Origin: Candidatus Calditenuaceae archaeon HR02
GTDB taxonomy: Archaea; Thermoproteota; Nitrososphaeria_A; Caldarchaeales; Calditenuaceae
Length of the DNA stretch: 64,000 nt
Direction of reading: 5' to 3'
Assembly (NCBI GenBank): GCA_002898395.1
Contig: BEHE01000009.1
Span: 1 to 64,000 of the forward strand
Shown: positions 27,491 through 36,950 of the stretch, piece after piece
How the letters are laid out: each line of letters begins with the position of its first letter
How positions within the stretch are numbered: the first letter of the stretch is position 1
Made by a program: the position numbers and the translations under genes
The notes under the pieces: generated by a model
Told to the model about the DNA's origin: nothing
The model's input: the letters and a program-made list of their open reading frames with translations, nothing else
Databases searched by the model: none

Positions 27491-29815
27491 TTAGGTTCGC
27501 ACTACGTCGTGTATCACTATTGTGGTCTTCCCGTCTATCTTGTGTATTGTGGCGAGCGCTTTGAAGACTTTCCCCTTCTTTATTAGGTCTCTGGGGCCGT
27601 TGTATGCTGTTGCGTCGAGCCTCGCCCTAAACCTGTCATCAACCACTACTATCGCGAATCCTGGATAGATCTTCTCGACCATTATCTCGTGGACTTTCTC
27701 GGGGGCCTTGGAAGCCTTCACAGCGGCCTTTGCAACATATCTTTCACCCGACTTGACCACTAGTCCGTCCCTGACTAGCCTGTTCAACGATATCCTGACT
27801 ATGTCGGGGCTGTGGCTGAGAAGGTCCATGGCATCGGCCATGGATAAGCCCTTAACTCCAGCCTCCAGAAGCCTGTCGTAGAGCTCTCTCCTACACCTGA
27901 GAAGCTCCCCATAGCTGATCTTGGAAGTATCAATAGAGGGTTCGCTCTCCTTGGTCTTCTCTAATTCACCTTCAACCACCACTTCTAGCGCGTCCCGCCT
28001 CCAGGGCCACGGCTCTCCGGGCTTAGGCTCAGGCCCCCTCCTCTCGACCTTGAAGCCGCTCAGCTTCTTCGAGACGTTCTCAAGGATTTTAGCCATCTTC
28101 CTAGCCCTCCTATACCCTTCCCTGAAGTAGTATTCGTCCACTGTTTTCTCCGTGATGAGAATGGTTACTTTCCCAGGTAGTCTCCTACCAGTCCTTCCCC
28201 TTCTCTGTATGTATCTTATCCCTGAGACTGCCGGCTCGTAGAATATAACGTATCCGCACTCAGGTATGTCTAGGCCCTCCTCTCCTATAGATGTGGCTAC
28301 TAGTACTTTGAATTCTCCCCTCCTGAAGGCATCTAGTATCTTCTTCTGCTCCTCCTGGCTCATCCTCGGGCCCATCTTACCCTCACCCTTACCTATGAAG
28401 AGGTGTGCAGATACTCCTCTAGACCTTAGCCGCTCAACCAGTATCTCGGCCGTGTGCCTAATATTGGCGAATACCATAATCCTGTCACCCGGCTTCTCCC
28501 TTAGGTGCTGGTCGACTAGGGCTAGGAGGGCCTCGACCTTGCTGTGGTCCTCGCTGCACTTCTCAGCCATCCTGACTAGCTCCTGGAATTCTGGTCTCCT
28601 AGAGAGCATCTTGTGGCTCTTCAGCTCCGAGTTTGAGATCTCCCTCAGATACTCCCTCAACGAGTAGGCGTGCTGGCTCTCTATCAACTCCAAGGCATGG
28701 TAGAGGCTCAGGAGCTCAGAGCATAGTGCCACGTAGTGCATGTTCTGGCCCTTAACGCCTGAGTCTATCTCAGCCCTAAGCCTAGCCATGAGCTGGACTA
28801 TCACCTTCCTGTTTATGCCCTCTAGCGGAGACCTGAGCAGGCCATATGTCTGTAGTTGCCTAGCCGTAGACTCTATCATCCGCTTTATACGGCTCCTAAT
28901 CGCCTCGTATGACTGTGGGAGCCCCAGCTTAACCCACGCAACCTTAACCCCTGGAATATAGCTCGAGACATCCTCATCCTCCTCTGTCCTCCAGACAATC
29001 CTCTCTATCCAGAGGTTCTTGACGACCTCGAGCACTCTCTCCTCCTCGCTCCCCGGACTAGCTGTAAGCCCGAGAATCCTGGGCCACGGGCATTTCCTAA
29101 CGTATTCGGACGCGAGCCTAGTATAGGCGTATCTGCTCCTACTTCTGTGGCACTCGTCGAAGACTAGTAGGGCGAACTCCTCAAGCCTTATCCAGCCCCG
29201 TCTATAGTCGTTATAGGCTGTCTGGGGTGTTGAGAATACCAGCCTGATAGAGGGGTTCTCCCAGACCATTCTCCTATTGGTGTCCACCACCTCTCCGGTA
29301 ACGGCCACGGCCTCGCCCTCCGATATGTTGAGGTGTTTTAGGAAGCTCTGCCTGTGCTGTAGGACTAGCGGCTTGGTTGGAGCCATCATGAGTATTCTGC
29401 ATCTAGGATGCCTGTGGAGCAGCTCTGCGGCCACTAGCTCGGCTATGACAGTCTTACCCAGTGCTGTGGGTAGGACTACTAGAGTATTGCCCTTGAGGGC
29501 TCCCCCAACCATCCCCCTCTGATAATCTCGGTCCTCGATCGTCTCGGTCCTAACCATGGGATGAGTTACAAACTGCCTCATCTCCACCCTCTCAACCTCC
29601 TCCGTTGTTCTCTCTTGGACGACTGTTTGGTTGGGCGTCGGGGATGCCAATAGACCCTCAGCAACCTTCACCGCATAGATGTGCTTACAGTCCCTGCCCT
29701 GCTTCTTGGCCCTGTATACGTAGTCAGGGCATGTGCACGTGAATTTTTCCCCGTCAAACGTTACTCTGTAGGTCTTTGAGGGGTCTTCCTGGCTGGGGAC
29801 ATCCCAGACACGCAT
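27491..29815 (-). CDS. SWIM zinc finger fused to Hef/FANCM-like SF2 helicase, no ERCC4 nuclease domain
   Basis: CTCPDY..CKH (SWIM); RDYQ, LPTALGKT, DECH, LTASPG, TSIGEEGLDIP, IQRRGRTGR. Confidence 0.9.
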   Translation of the reverse strand: MRVWDVPSQEDPSKTYRVTFDGEKFTCTCPDYVYRAKKQGRDCKHIYAVKVAEGLLASPTPNQTVVQERTTEEVERVEMRQFVTHPMVRTETIEDRDYQRGMVGGALKGNTLVVLPTALGKTVIAELVAAELLHRHPRCRILMMAPTKPLVLQHRQSFLKHLNISEGEAVAVTGEVVDTNRRMVWENPSIRLVFSTPQTAYNDYRRGWIRLEEFALLVFDECHRSRSRYAYTRLASEYVRKCPWPRILGLTASPGSEEERVLEVVKNLWIERIVWRTEEDEDVSSYIPGVKVAWVKLGLPQSYEAIRSRIKRMIESTARQLQTYGLLRSPLEGINRKVIVQLMARLRAEIDSGVKGQNMHYVALCSELLSLYHALELIESQHAYSLREYLREISNSELKSHKMLSRRPEFQELVRMAEKCSEDHSKVEALLALVDQHLREKPGDRIMVFANIRHTAEILVERLRSRGVSAHLFIGKGEGKMGPRMSQEEQKKILDAFRRGEFKVLVATSIGEEGLDIPECGYVIFYEPAVSGIRYIQRRGRTGRRLPGKVTILITEKTVDEYYFREGYRRARKMAKILENVSKKLSGFKVERRGPEPKPGEPWPWRRDALEVVVEGELEKTKESEPSIDTSKISYGELLRCRRELYDRLLEAGVKGLSMADAMDLLSHSPDIVRISLNRLVRDGLVVKSGERYVAKAAVKASKAPEKVHEIMVEKIYPGFAIVVVDDRFRARLDATAYNGPRDLIKKGKVFKALATIHKIDGKTTIVIHDVVRT

Positions 29816-29869
29816 CTAAGCCTATCTGGCCCACGATTCATAAATATTTTGAATGCCTTCATATGTTTG

Positions 29870-30145
29870 ATGAGCTATCGTAGGGGTAGGAGGTTTGAGT
29901 ATGAGGTTAGGGATTATTTTGGGAGTAGGGGCTGGCTTGTAATAAGGGCCGCTAGGAGCAAGCCAGTAGACCTGGTGTGTATTAAGGGTGGTAGGGTGGT
30001 TCTGGTTGAGTGCAGGTATGCTGGAGGAAGGCTCACGAGGAGTGAGAGGAGGAGCCTAGCGAGGATGGCTAGGAGGTATCGTGTCGGTGTAATTATAGCT
30101 CATAGGAGGGTGAGGGGAGGTCTGGAGCTTACGACAGTGAAGTAG
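29870..30145 (+). CDS. Hjc-like PD-(D/E)xK nuclease
   Basis: YRRGRRFEYEV..F..RGW.VIRAARS.PVDLV....VLVECR. Confidence 0.8.
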   Translation: MSYRRGRRFEYEVRDYFGSRGWLVIRAARSKPVDLVCIKGGRVVLVECRYAGGRLTRSERRSLARMARRYRVGVIIAHRRVRGGLELTTVK

Positions 30146-30229
30146 ACTCGATTATCTATTGGAGGCTGTGGAGCCTAGGCCTCATAGTCAGGCGGCCGCA
30201 GATATAACAGATGTCGGGGACGGCTGGGG

Positions 30230-30568
30230 CTATATTTCTAGTGACTCGTCTGGGCTTGTTTCCTTGGGGTTTACCTTTTCAATGGCCTTTAGAACGTCTT
30301 CTAGCCTCTCGTCGGAGAGTAGTTTCCTGAATGTCTCAAGCTCGTCTACTGTCCTTAGGATTAATCCCCTCTTCTTGGTTGGCGCTCCATCATCACCCAC
30401 AGGGTTAATCTCTACTAGTAGTGATGCTGGCCTGCCTCTAGATGCTGGTGCCTTGACGACGAATATTCCCGGAGAGCCCCTAACCGGAACCCTCTGCCAA
30501 TCCCTACCACTCTCAAGAACCCTCCTCAAAGACTCTTCCAGCGTCATCGGCTGAGGAGGTGAATCCAT
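30230..30568 (-). CDS. Conserved archaeal hypothetical protein
   Basis: GRDWQRVPV..PGIFVVKAP..RPASLLVEINPV..G.PTKKRGL; resembles an archaeal family by eye. Confidence 0.7.
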   Translation of the reverse strand: MDSPPQPMTLEESLRRVLESGRDWQRVPVRGSPGIFVVKAPASRGRPASLLVEINPVGDDGAPTKKRGLILRTVDELETFRKLLSDERLEDVLKAIEKVNPKETSPDESLEI

Positions 30569-31060
30569 GCATATAAGCGTAGCAGCCTCTCTTCCTAGCC
30601 ATAAGCCATCAAAATAATGATTAGACAGTGGATAAGTCAGTTACGCTCAATGGATGAATTGAATACTGTTCCGATGTCTGAAGCTACTCAGAGGGCCTGG
30701 TTGGGAAGAGGTCTAAGAAAGCCTCCAAGAAGTCACGCGTCAGGGAGAAGGCTAGGAAGACAGCTAAGAAGCCTGTAGAGGCTGGGGAGAAGCCTGCTGA
30801 GACCGAGCCTGTAACTGGGGTTTGGGACTCCGACTTAGCTATCCTCCCTAAATATCGTCATTTTTCGTGGTTCCATCTTGTTAGAAGGTCTTTTCCAACG
30901 CTTGCCACATCCGCTTTCCTTATCGACTACGTAGATTACGGGTCTCTGCATATTTAGTGCGTGTCCCTTGCCTTACCTTGAGGGCGAATATGTCCTGGCC
31001 CTTCTGCGTCGAGACACTTATTGACTTCCAATACAAGATAAAAGCGGATTCGCAACAGCA

Positions 31061-33340
31061 CTAAGCAACCTCGTCGATCATAGTAGGGGCGTTCGTGGAC
31101 AACTCCCTTTCAAACCTGAATATCTTAGCTTCGGCGCCCTCGAACACTTCCTCGTCATGGGTTATAATTATCACCTGCCTAACTGCCTTGCTCAGGCTAG
31201 TGAAGACGTCTAGCAGCCTCTTTCTATTTTCTGAGTCTAAATGGATTGTGGGTTCATCGAGAATGAAGAAGCCCAGTCTCTGGGCGCCCAACACATCCCC
31301 TATCGCGAACCTGAGTGCCAGGGCAAGGGCAACTTTCTCTCCCCCGCTTAGCCTACTCATATCCACTTCTCTGCCCCTGAAGAAGCATTTGAACATGATT
31401 TTTACGCCGCTTTCCTCGATCTTGACATCATCTATCCTGACGTCAAAGGCGTCTAAGTAGCTCTTGGCGTGGTCTGCAACCTTTCTGAATATCCACGTCC
31501 TCAGGCTCCTCAATACTACACCATCGCGGTAGAACAACTCGTTCCTTACCTTATCCATGAGCCTGTAGAACCTCTCGGCCCTGACAAGTACTTCCCTGAC
31601 CCTTTGCAACTCTTTAATCTTCTTTTTAGCCTCCTCAAGCTCTTTCTCAACGCTTTCCAATCTTGCCTCTCGATCGCTGATCAATTTTATGAGACCCTTT
31701 TCTTCGACTTCCAGCCTTCCGAGTTCTTCAGGATTGAATTCCTTTTTCCGAGCCTCCTTCACTCTCTCTTTCAGCCAAGGGAGGAGCTGCTCTCCCTCTT
31801 CTCCGATTAGCCTACTAATGTCCTCGAGTAGCTGGTCTTCTAGATTGACTTCTCCCCAGATCACTTGATTTAGCGTCTCCAAACTCCGCTTAGCCTCCTC
31901 TAACATGGCTTTAGCTTTCTTAACACCTTCCGGGCCCCCGATCTTTTCTAGTTCTTCCGACGCCCTCTTAACCTCTTCACGTAGCCATGAGACCTCTTTC
32001 CCATATAACTTGCTGAGGTTATCTCTCTCCTTCTTGGCTTCATCTAATTTCTTTGTGAGAGAGCGTAGTTCCCGGTCTATTTCCTCGAGCTGCTTACTTA
32101 CCTGGTCGCGCTCCTTTTCCCGGTTGGCAACATGGCTTGCTAAGGCGGAGCTATACGCCTCTGAGACCACCGCCACAACCTCTTCTACTTCTTGGTCTAC
32201 CTGTAGGCTGAGGAGATTTATCTGGCCTCCCTTACTAATAGCTAGGGTTCTGCCCAGCTCGATCGCGTCATCCCTAAGCTTCTCGGCTTTGACGCGGGCC
32301 TCCTTTTCAAGTTCTTTTAAGGTCTTAGCTTTCGAAGCATCCACCTTGACCCTGCCCAGCTCGTCTTCTATCTCCTTCAAGCGTTTACTCGCTTCTTCCC
32401 TCCTCGCCTTCAGTGAGAATAAGTCGCCTTTAATCTTCTCGATCTTCTTATCAAGTTCCTCTACACTCTTAACTCTCTTTTCTATATCGTCCTTCAACTC
32501 TATCAACTTAAGATACTCTAAGCCCTTCTCCGAGATGTCTCGCAACCGGGTCACTTTATCATTCAATAAATCCCTAAGCGTTAGGAGGTCTAATCGTATT
32601 TTTTCAAGAAGTTCTCTCACCTGTCTCAGCTCCTTAATCCTTGCGTCTACTTTTTCTTTCATTCGTTTAAGCTTATCTAGCTCCTTTTGTAGTGATGCTC
32701 TTGTTTCCTCACCTGTTTCGGCCTTCTTTTCAAGCCCTCTTAGTTCTTCACCCACCTTATCGGCCTCTCGCGGGGGCCTCCCAACCTCCCTGACCACCCT
32801 CTCTTCAAAGCTTTTGAGGACTTCAAGCATGGCATAGTAGGCTTTTTCCATGGCAGTGAGACCCATTAAGTCGTCGAACAGCTCTTTGAGGTCTTTTGGA
32901 TCAGCGGAGAGTATCTTATCGAGTTCTCCCTGCTGGATTATCACCGCGGTTCTCATCCTATCGTAGTTTAGTTCGAACAGTTCTTGAACAGCCTTTGATA
33001 CGGTTTCTTCCCCTCTCTTCTCACCGGAGGCAATTAATTCCCCATCCTTTCTCAGCGTAGCGGATTCAAGGTTTCCTCTCACGTCAAAGCTCCTAACGAT
33101 CTGATACTTACTGCCCCTATACTCGAATTCGAGCTCAACTCTACCGCTGTCTGTCCCGTCTCTCACAATATTCCTATTTCCGCCCTTCATGTGCTTCCCA
33201 TAGAGGGCGTAGGTTATCCCGTCTATCACGGAGCTCTTGCCAGAGCCGTTTCTCCCAAGGAAGATAGTCAATCCTTCTGGAAACTTTATCTCGGTTTCTT
33301 TGTGGCAGGTGAAGTTTAGGAGCTTAACCCTCACTATCAC
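31061..33340 (-). CDS. rad50: Rad50/SbcC SMC-like ATPase
   Basis: GRNGSGKSS, IQQGE Q-loop, long coiled coil, LSGGE, ILDEPT.HLD, IITHD. Confidence 0.93.
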   Translation of the reverse strand: MIVRVKLLNFTCHKETEIKFPEGLTIFLGRNGSGKSSVIDGITYALYGKHMKGGNRNIVRDGTDSGRVELEFEYRGSKYQIVRSFDVRGNLESATLRKDGELIASGEKRGEETVSKAVQELFELNYDRMRTAVIIQQGELDKILSADPKDLKELFDDLMGLTAMEKAYYAMLEVLKSFEERVVREVGRPPREADKVGEELRGLEKKAETGEETRASLQKELDKLKRMKEKVDARIKELRQVRELLEKIRLDLLTLRDLLNDKVTRLRDISEKGLEYLKLIELKDDIEKRVKSVEELDKKIEKIKGDLFSLKARREEASKRLKEIEDELGRVKVDASKAKTLKELEKEARVKAEKLRDDAIELGRTLAISKGGQINLLSLQVDQEVEEVVAVVSEAYSSALASHVANREKERDQVSKQLEEIDRELRSLTKKLDEAKKERDNLSKLYGKEVSWLREEVKRASEELEKIGGPEGVKKAKAMLEEAKRSLETLNQVIWGEVNLEDQLLEDISRLIGEEGEQLLPWLKERVKEARKKEFNPEELGRLEVEEKGLIKLISDREARLESVEKELEEAKKKIKELQRVREVLVRAERFYRLMDKVRNELFYRDGVVLRSLRTWIFRKVADHAKSYLDAFDVRIDDVKIEESGVKIMFKCFFRGREVDMSRLSGGEKVALALALRFAIGDVLGAQRLGFFILDEPTIHLDSENRKRLLDVFTSLSKAVRQVIIITHDEEVFEGAEAKIFRFERELSTNAPTMIDEVA

Positions 33341-34460
33341 TCCCAGCCCAATCCCTCGGCCACGATTTCCAAAGCTTCCAGACAGCTTCCTTCGCGTTTA
33401 CTAGATCTCCTGAAGCTAGGCGAGGGAGTAGCTCGTTTAGGGCAAAATCTATGACCTTCTCGTCTCCTATCGCCTTCACCGCGAGCCTTCTGAGCTCCCC
33501 ATCAATACTAATCTCCGGCTCGCTTGCGTATACCTTTCCCTCAGTTGGGGCTGGAATCACCTGTAGCCTCTTGATTATGAACTTATCACTAAGCCTCTGC
33601 TCAATACTCTGGACACTTACCGGCCTATCGGCCTTGACGACAAGCCATAAGCATGGCTTGGACGGATAGTCGACGCCGGTGATCTCCTTGACCTTCTCGT
33701 CAAGCTCTCTTACATCTACCTCGAGTCTGAGTTTCGGCCTAACGTTTGGGAGCCTGACCCATTCGGCTAGGGCCTGATCACCTGATAAATCCACTATGAA
33801 GACGCCGCACTCACCGGAGTCGTCGACCTTGACCCAATGCGTTGCTCCGGGGTAGGCTAGTAGTCCACTTCCCCAATTCCGTTTATAGCTCTTATGAATG
33901 TGCCCCATCGCATAGTAGTCGAATCCGGCAGGTAGCTCGAATATCGAGAGCTCGGCTCCAAGCTCCCAGGCCTCCTTTATCCCCTGATGGAGGACTAGGA
34001 CCTTCTTTCCCCCTATATTCGGTAGCATCCTCTGAATTTTTTCAAATTTTTCTATGAGAGATTTCCACTCAACCCGCTTATGCTTATGGAGGCCTATTAC
34101 GGTAACCCCTCCAACTTGGTATGGTTCGCCTGTTCCAATATATCTGCCGAGGCCCTGTAGCTGTAGGATTATGGGATGCGGCGTTGAGGGGACGTTGCTT
34201 ATGTCATGCTCTCCGAGCGTGAATAAGAATGGGATGCCGCGCCCTTTCAGCTTTCTCACTTCCTGGATCAAGACCTTCATTGCTGTTCCATAGGGTTTCG
34301 GCTCATGTAGAATGTCTCCTGAGTGGATTACGAGTTCAACTCTTTCTCTGATGAATAGGTCTATGGCATCCTTAAACGCATTGTAGTGGTCTTCTTCTCT
34401 CTCTGGCTCGACTCCCGCATGGACCCCCAGATGCGTGTCGGATATGTGACCGATCATCAT
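33324..34460 (-). CDS. mre11: Mre11 nuclease
   Basis: HISDTHLG, HSGDILH, GEHD, LHQG, YYAMGHIH, YPGA; ATG 34460 coupled to the herA stop. Confidence 0.92.
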   Translation of the reverse strand: MMIGHISDTHLGVHAGVEPEREEDHYNAFKDAIDLFIRERVELVIHSGDILHEPKPYGTAMKVLIQEVRKLKGRGIPFLFTLGEHDISNVPSTPHPIILQLQGLGRYIGTGEPYQVGGVTVIGLHKHKRVEWKSLIEKFEKIQRMLPNIGGKKVLVLHQGIKEAWELGAELSIFELPAGFDYYAMGHIHKSYKRNWGSGLLAYPGATHWVKVDDSGECGVFIVDLSGDQALAEWVRLPNVRPKLRLEVDVRELDEKVKEITGVDYPSKPCLWLVVKADRPVSVQSIEQRLSDKFIIKRLQVIPAPTEGKVYASEPEISIDGELRRLAVKAIGDEKVIDFALNELLPRLASGDLVNAKEAVWKLWKSWPRDWAGSDSEG

Positions 34461-35953
34461 AGCTTTATCAGCTCCTCCGTCGAGTAGTCGGAACCAGAAC
34501 CATACTCTCTCTCCCATAAATCGACTGCATCCAAGTCTCTACCGATCAACTTCTCCTCTACGAGATCCACCTTAACGAGGGCTGGAACTTTGATGAACTG
34601 GCCTGCGAGTATCATCTCTCCTGGGTTCAGGCTTGGTAGAGAGGTGCCGAGCTCTTCTGATACGTCGTCGGTGACCTCCCTGACGAAGTTCTGGTCTTTT
34701 GGATGTATTAGACCTGAGATCGCAAAGCTCCCCATCTGACTTATCGTGTCGGCGTCCAGCTTGCTCGGCCTCTGCGAGATGATTATCAGCGATACCCCGA
34801 ACTTCCTACCCTCCCTAGCAATTCTCGCGATTATCTCCGAGCACCTAGTCCGCCTTTCTGATGGGAGGAATGCATGAGCCTCCTCTATCACCACTATCAC
34901 AGGCGACTTGAACTTCGCCCCGCCCTCGCCCCTAACCGCATTCTTCCTATCCTGCAGTATCTCTTCTAGGTAGCGATCAACTATGATTTGGGACTGATAT
35001 TCCGTCAACTCTGAGATATCGAGGACGTTTACCCTATTGTTGACGATTACATCGAGTGGGCTTCTAGCCGAAGGATCGAATACCTTTCCCCACACGGTTA
35101 GAGCCCTGTTGATTATCTCGGTAACGCTCACAGCCCTAATCCTCGTCTGGAAATCAAAGTTGTTATCATCCACGGCTATTGCCTGAAGTCTTCCAATAAT
35201 AGCCCCCCAGAAGTCTTCAGCCTCCCTAACCTCTTGAGTATAGACTTGTTGAAGTAAGCCCCTCTGCCTTTCGGCATCCCTCCTGACTCCCACCAAGTCT
35301 GCCAACTCCTCTGCATCTAGGTATCGGGGATTTATCTTCGGTATGGTAATCTTTATTCCGGGGATTCTTAACTGATCGTATTCTCCATGATAGTCGAATA
35401 TCACCATGGTCCCATGTCTTTCGGAGACCTTCTTAGCGAGAAGGGCTAAGAGATTTGACTTGCCCTTGCCAGTTGCCGCCAATATCGCTAGATGCCTCGA
35501 GGCGACCATGTTCAAGTTTATCGATACCCTGACCTCGGGCCTTCTCAGCAGATAGCCCACGCCCACCCATCTCTTCCCCTCGGAGCCGTAGATACTCTTC
35601 AGCAAATCATCTCCGGCCGGTTTAACAGATGCTCCAGGCTCAGGCGGCAACGTAGGGTAAATTCTCCTACCCTCCAATAGCTCATTAACGAGTCCAAGAG
35701 CCCTAGCGATGCCTATCCTAACCCTATCTCTCGGGTTCTTACTGCTTGCCCGCCTCACCTCGTCAGCAGTTTGGTAATCTGTTTCATTTTGCAACAACTC
35801 ACTGATGTTCCTAAACCCCTCAACCATGTAGACTATGGGCCCATCCTCGGTGTCCACAACTACATAATCCCCAACTCTTACTGGGTACTTCGCCACGAAC
35901 TCTATCCTATCGGGTCTCGCCTCCCCTATCACGATTCCGACCTCGTCGCTCAT
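34457..35953 (-). CDS. herA: HerA bipolar DNA helicase/translocase
   Basis: HAS-barrel N-terminus, RHLAILAATGKGKS, FDYHGEY, EEAH, IAREGRKFG, SQRP. Confidence 0.93.
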   Translation of the reverse strand: MSDEVGIVIGEARPDRIEFVAKYPVRVGDYVVVDTEDGPIVYMVEGFRNISELLQNETDYQTADEVRRASSKNPRDRVRIGIARALGLVNELLEGRRIYPTLPPEPGASVKPAGDDLLKSIYGSEGKRWVGVGYLLRRPEVRVSINLNMVASRHLAILAATGKGKSNLLALLAKKVSERHGTMVIFDYHGEYDQLRIPGIKITIPKINPRYLDAEELADLVGVRRDAERQRGLLQQVYTQEVREAEDFWGAIIGRLQAIAVDDNNFDFQTRIRAVSVTEIINRALTVWGKVFDPSARSPLDVIVNNRVNVLDISELTEYQSQIIVDRYLEEILQDRKNAVRGEGGAKFKSPVIVVIEEAHAFLPSERRTRCSEIIARIAREGRKFGVSLIIISQRPSKLDADTISQMGSFAISGLIHPKDQNFVREVTDDVSEELGTSLPSLNPGEMILAGQFIKVPALVKVDLVEEKLIGRDLDAVDLWEREYGSGSDYSTEELIKL

Positions 35954-36837
35954 TCCTCAAGCACCTCCCTAGCCTCGACCCATCCGGTTAGGCCGGCCGT
36001 CTTACAGATAAGATCCATTAACTGGTCTGGCAGGTTGGCGGTCTTGTGGGCTAGCCTGAGGGCGTAGGGATAGCCAGCGATGGACCTTTCACGCAGAACG
36101 TCTATGAACCATTTGACGGAGTCTTCTTCTACTACGGCTGGCACTTCTATGTGCAGGGCGTTGGAGTGCTCTGACAATCTAACGTAGAATATCGAGAACT
36201 TATAATCTTCTCTTTCGATGACATGTGGTGCCGTATACCCTACCCCCTTGGTTGCATGGTTAATGTAATATACGTCTCCGAGAACTCCGCCGAATAGGCT
36301 TTTATCATGCGAATATTTCGAGACGAATGCTAGCTTATCGTTGCCCATGAGAGGTTTAACGTAGGCCATGTATTCAGTCTGAAGGCTTTTGGAAATTCTT
36401 TTACTGATATCAGCCAGCCTAGCAATAAGGGAGCCATCAACTAGAACTAGGTCAGGGTCCTCCTCTTCGGAAACATTATAGGCTATGCTATGCTCGTGGA
36501 TCTCGGCCTGGTACTTAAGGAAGAGATCTGGAGACAGGGCCGCGTCGTAGGGGTCGCCTGATAACATATCAACATCCGTTACGGATTGGTAGGTGTTCAC
36601 GGCCTCATCAACGGCTGCCGCCTTCATGGCGTAGATATAGAAGCCTGTGTAGAGCCTGTAGTTCCAACCGCTGTCAATAGCGAGGATACCAGCCCTTCTC
36701 GGCTTTGGGCTATATTCTATATAGCAAGCCCTCGCCCTGTCCAAGATCTCTTTAACCGTTCCCGCCCCATCCGTTCTCTTAAATTCCTCGAGCTTGGCCT
36801 TCAGGCGGACGGCCTTCTCGAAAAGCTCCTCCAGCAT
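35950..36837 (-). CDS. nurA: NurA 5'-3' nuclease
   Basis: LAIDSG, LVDGSL, FVSK, GYPYALRLAH; coupled to herA. Confidence 0.88.
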   Translation of the reverse strand: MLEELFEKAVRLKAKLEEFKRTDGAGTVKEILDRARACYIEYSPKPRRAGILAIDSGWNYRLYTGFYIYAMKAAAVDEAVNTYQSVTDVDMLSGDPYDAALSPDLFLKYQAEIHEHSIAYNVSEEEDPDLVLVDGSLIARLADISKRISKSLQTEYMAYVKPLMGNDKLAFVSKYSHDKSLFGGVLGDVYYINHATKGVGYTAPHVIEREDYKFSIFYVRLSEHSNALHIEVPAVVEEDSVKWFIDVLRERSIAGYPYALRLAHKTANLPDQLMDLICKTAGLTGWVEAREVLEE

Positions 36838-36950
36838 CGAGTAAAGGCTTGACCAACGGGTATATATGAATTGGTGGTCCTCCCAGCGATTTTTCTCAGC
36901 ATCTCCACTATCGATTCATGGATACATACTTCAAACTAGCTCCAAACCTT

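Noticed and set aside
27104-27586. Four overlapping 66-93 aa ORFs downstream of Hef
   Set aside because: They conflict with one another, lack recognisable motifs and overlap repeat remnants.
31905-32837. 310 aa + strand ORF, and many other antisense ORFs in the track
   Set aside because: Ser/Leu/Phe-rich mirror translations of real genes on the opposite strand.
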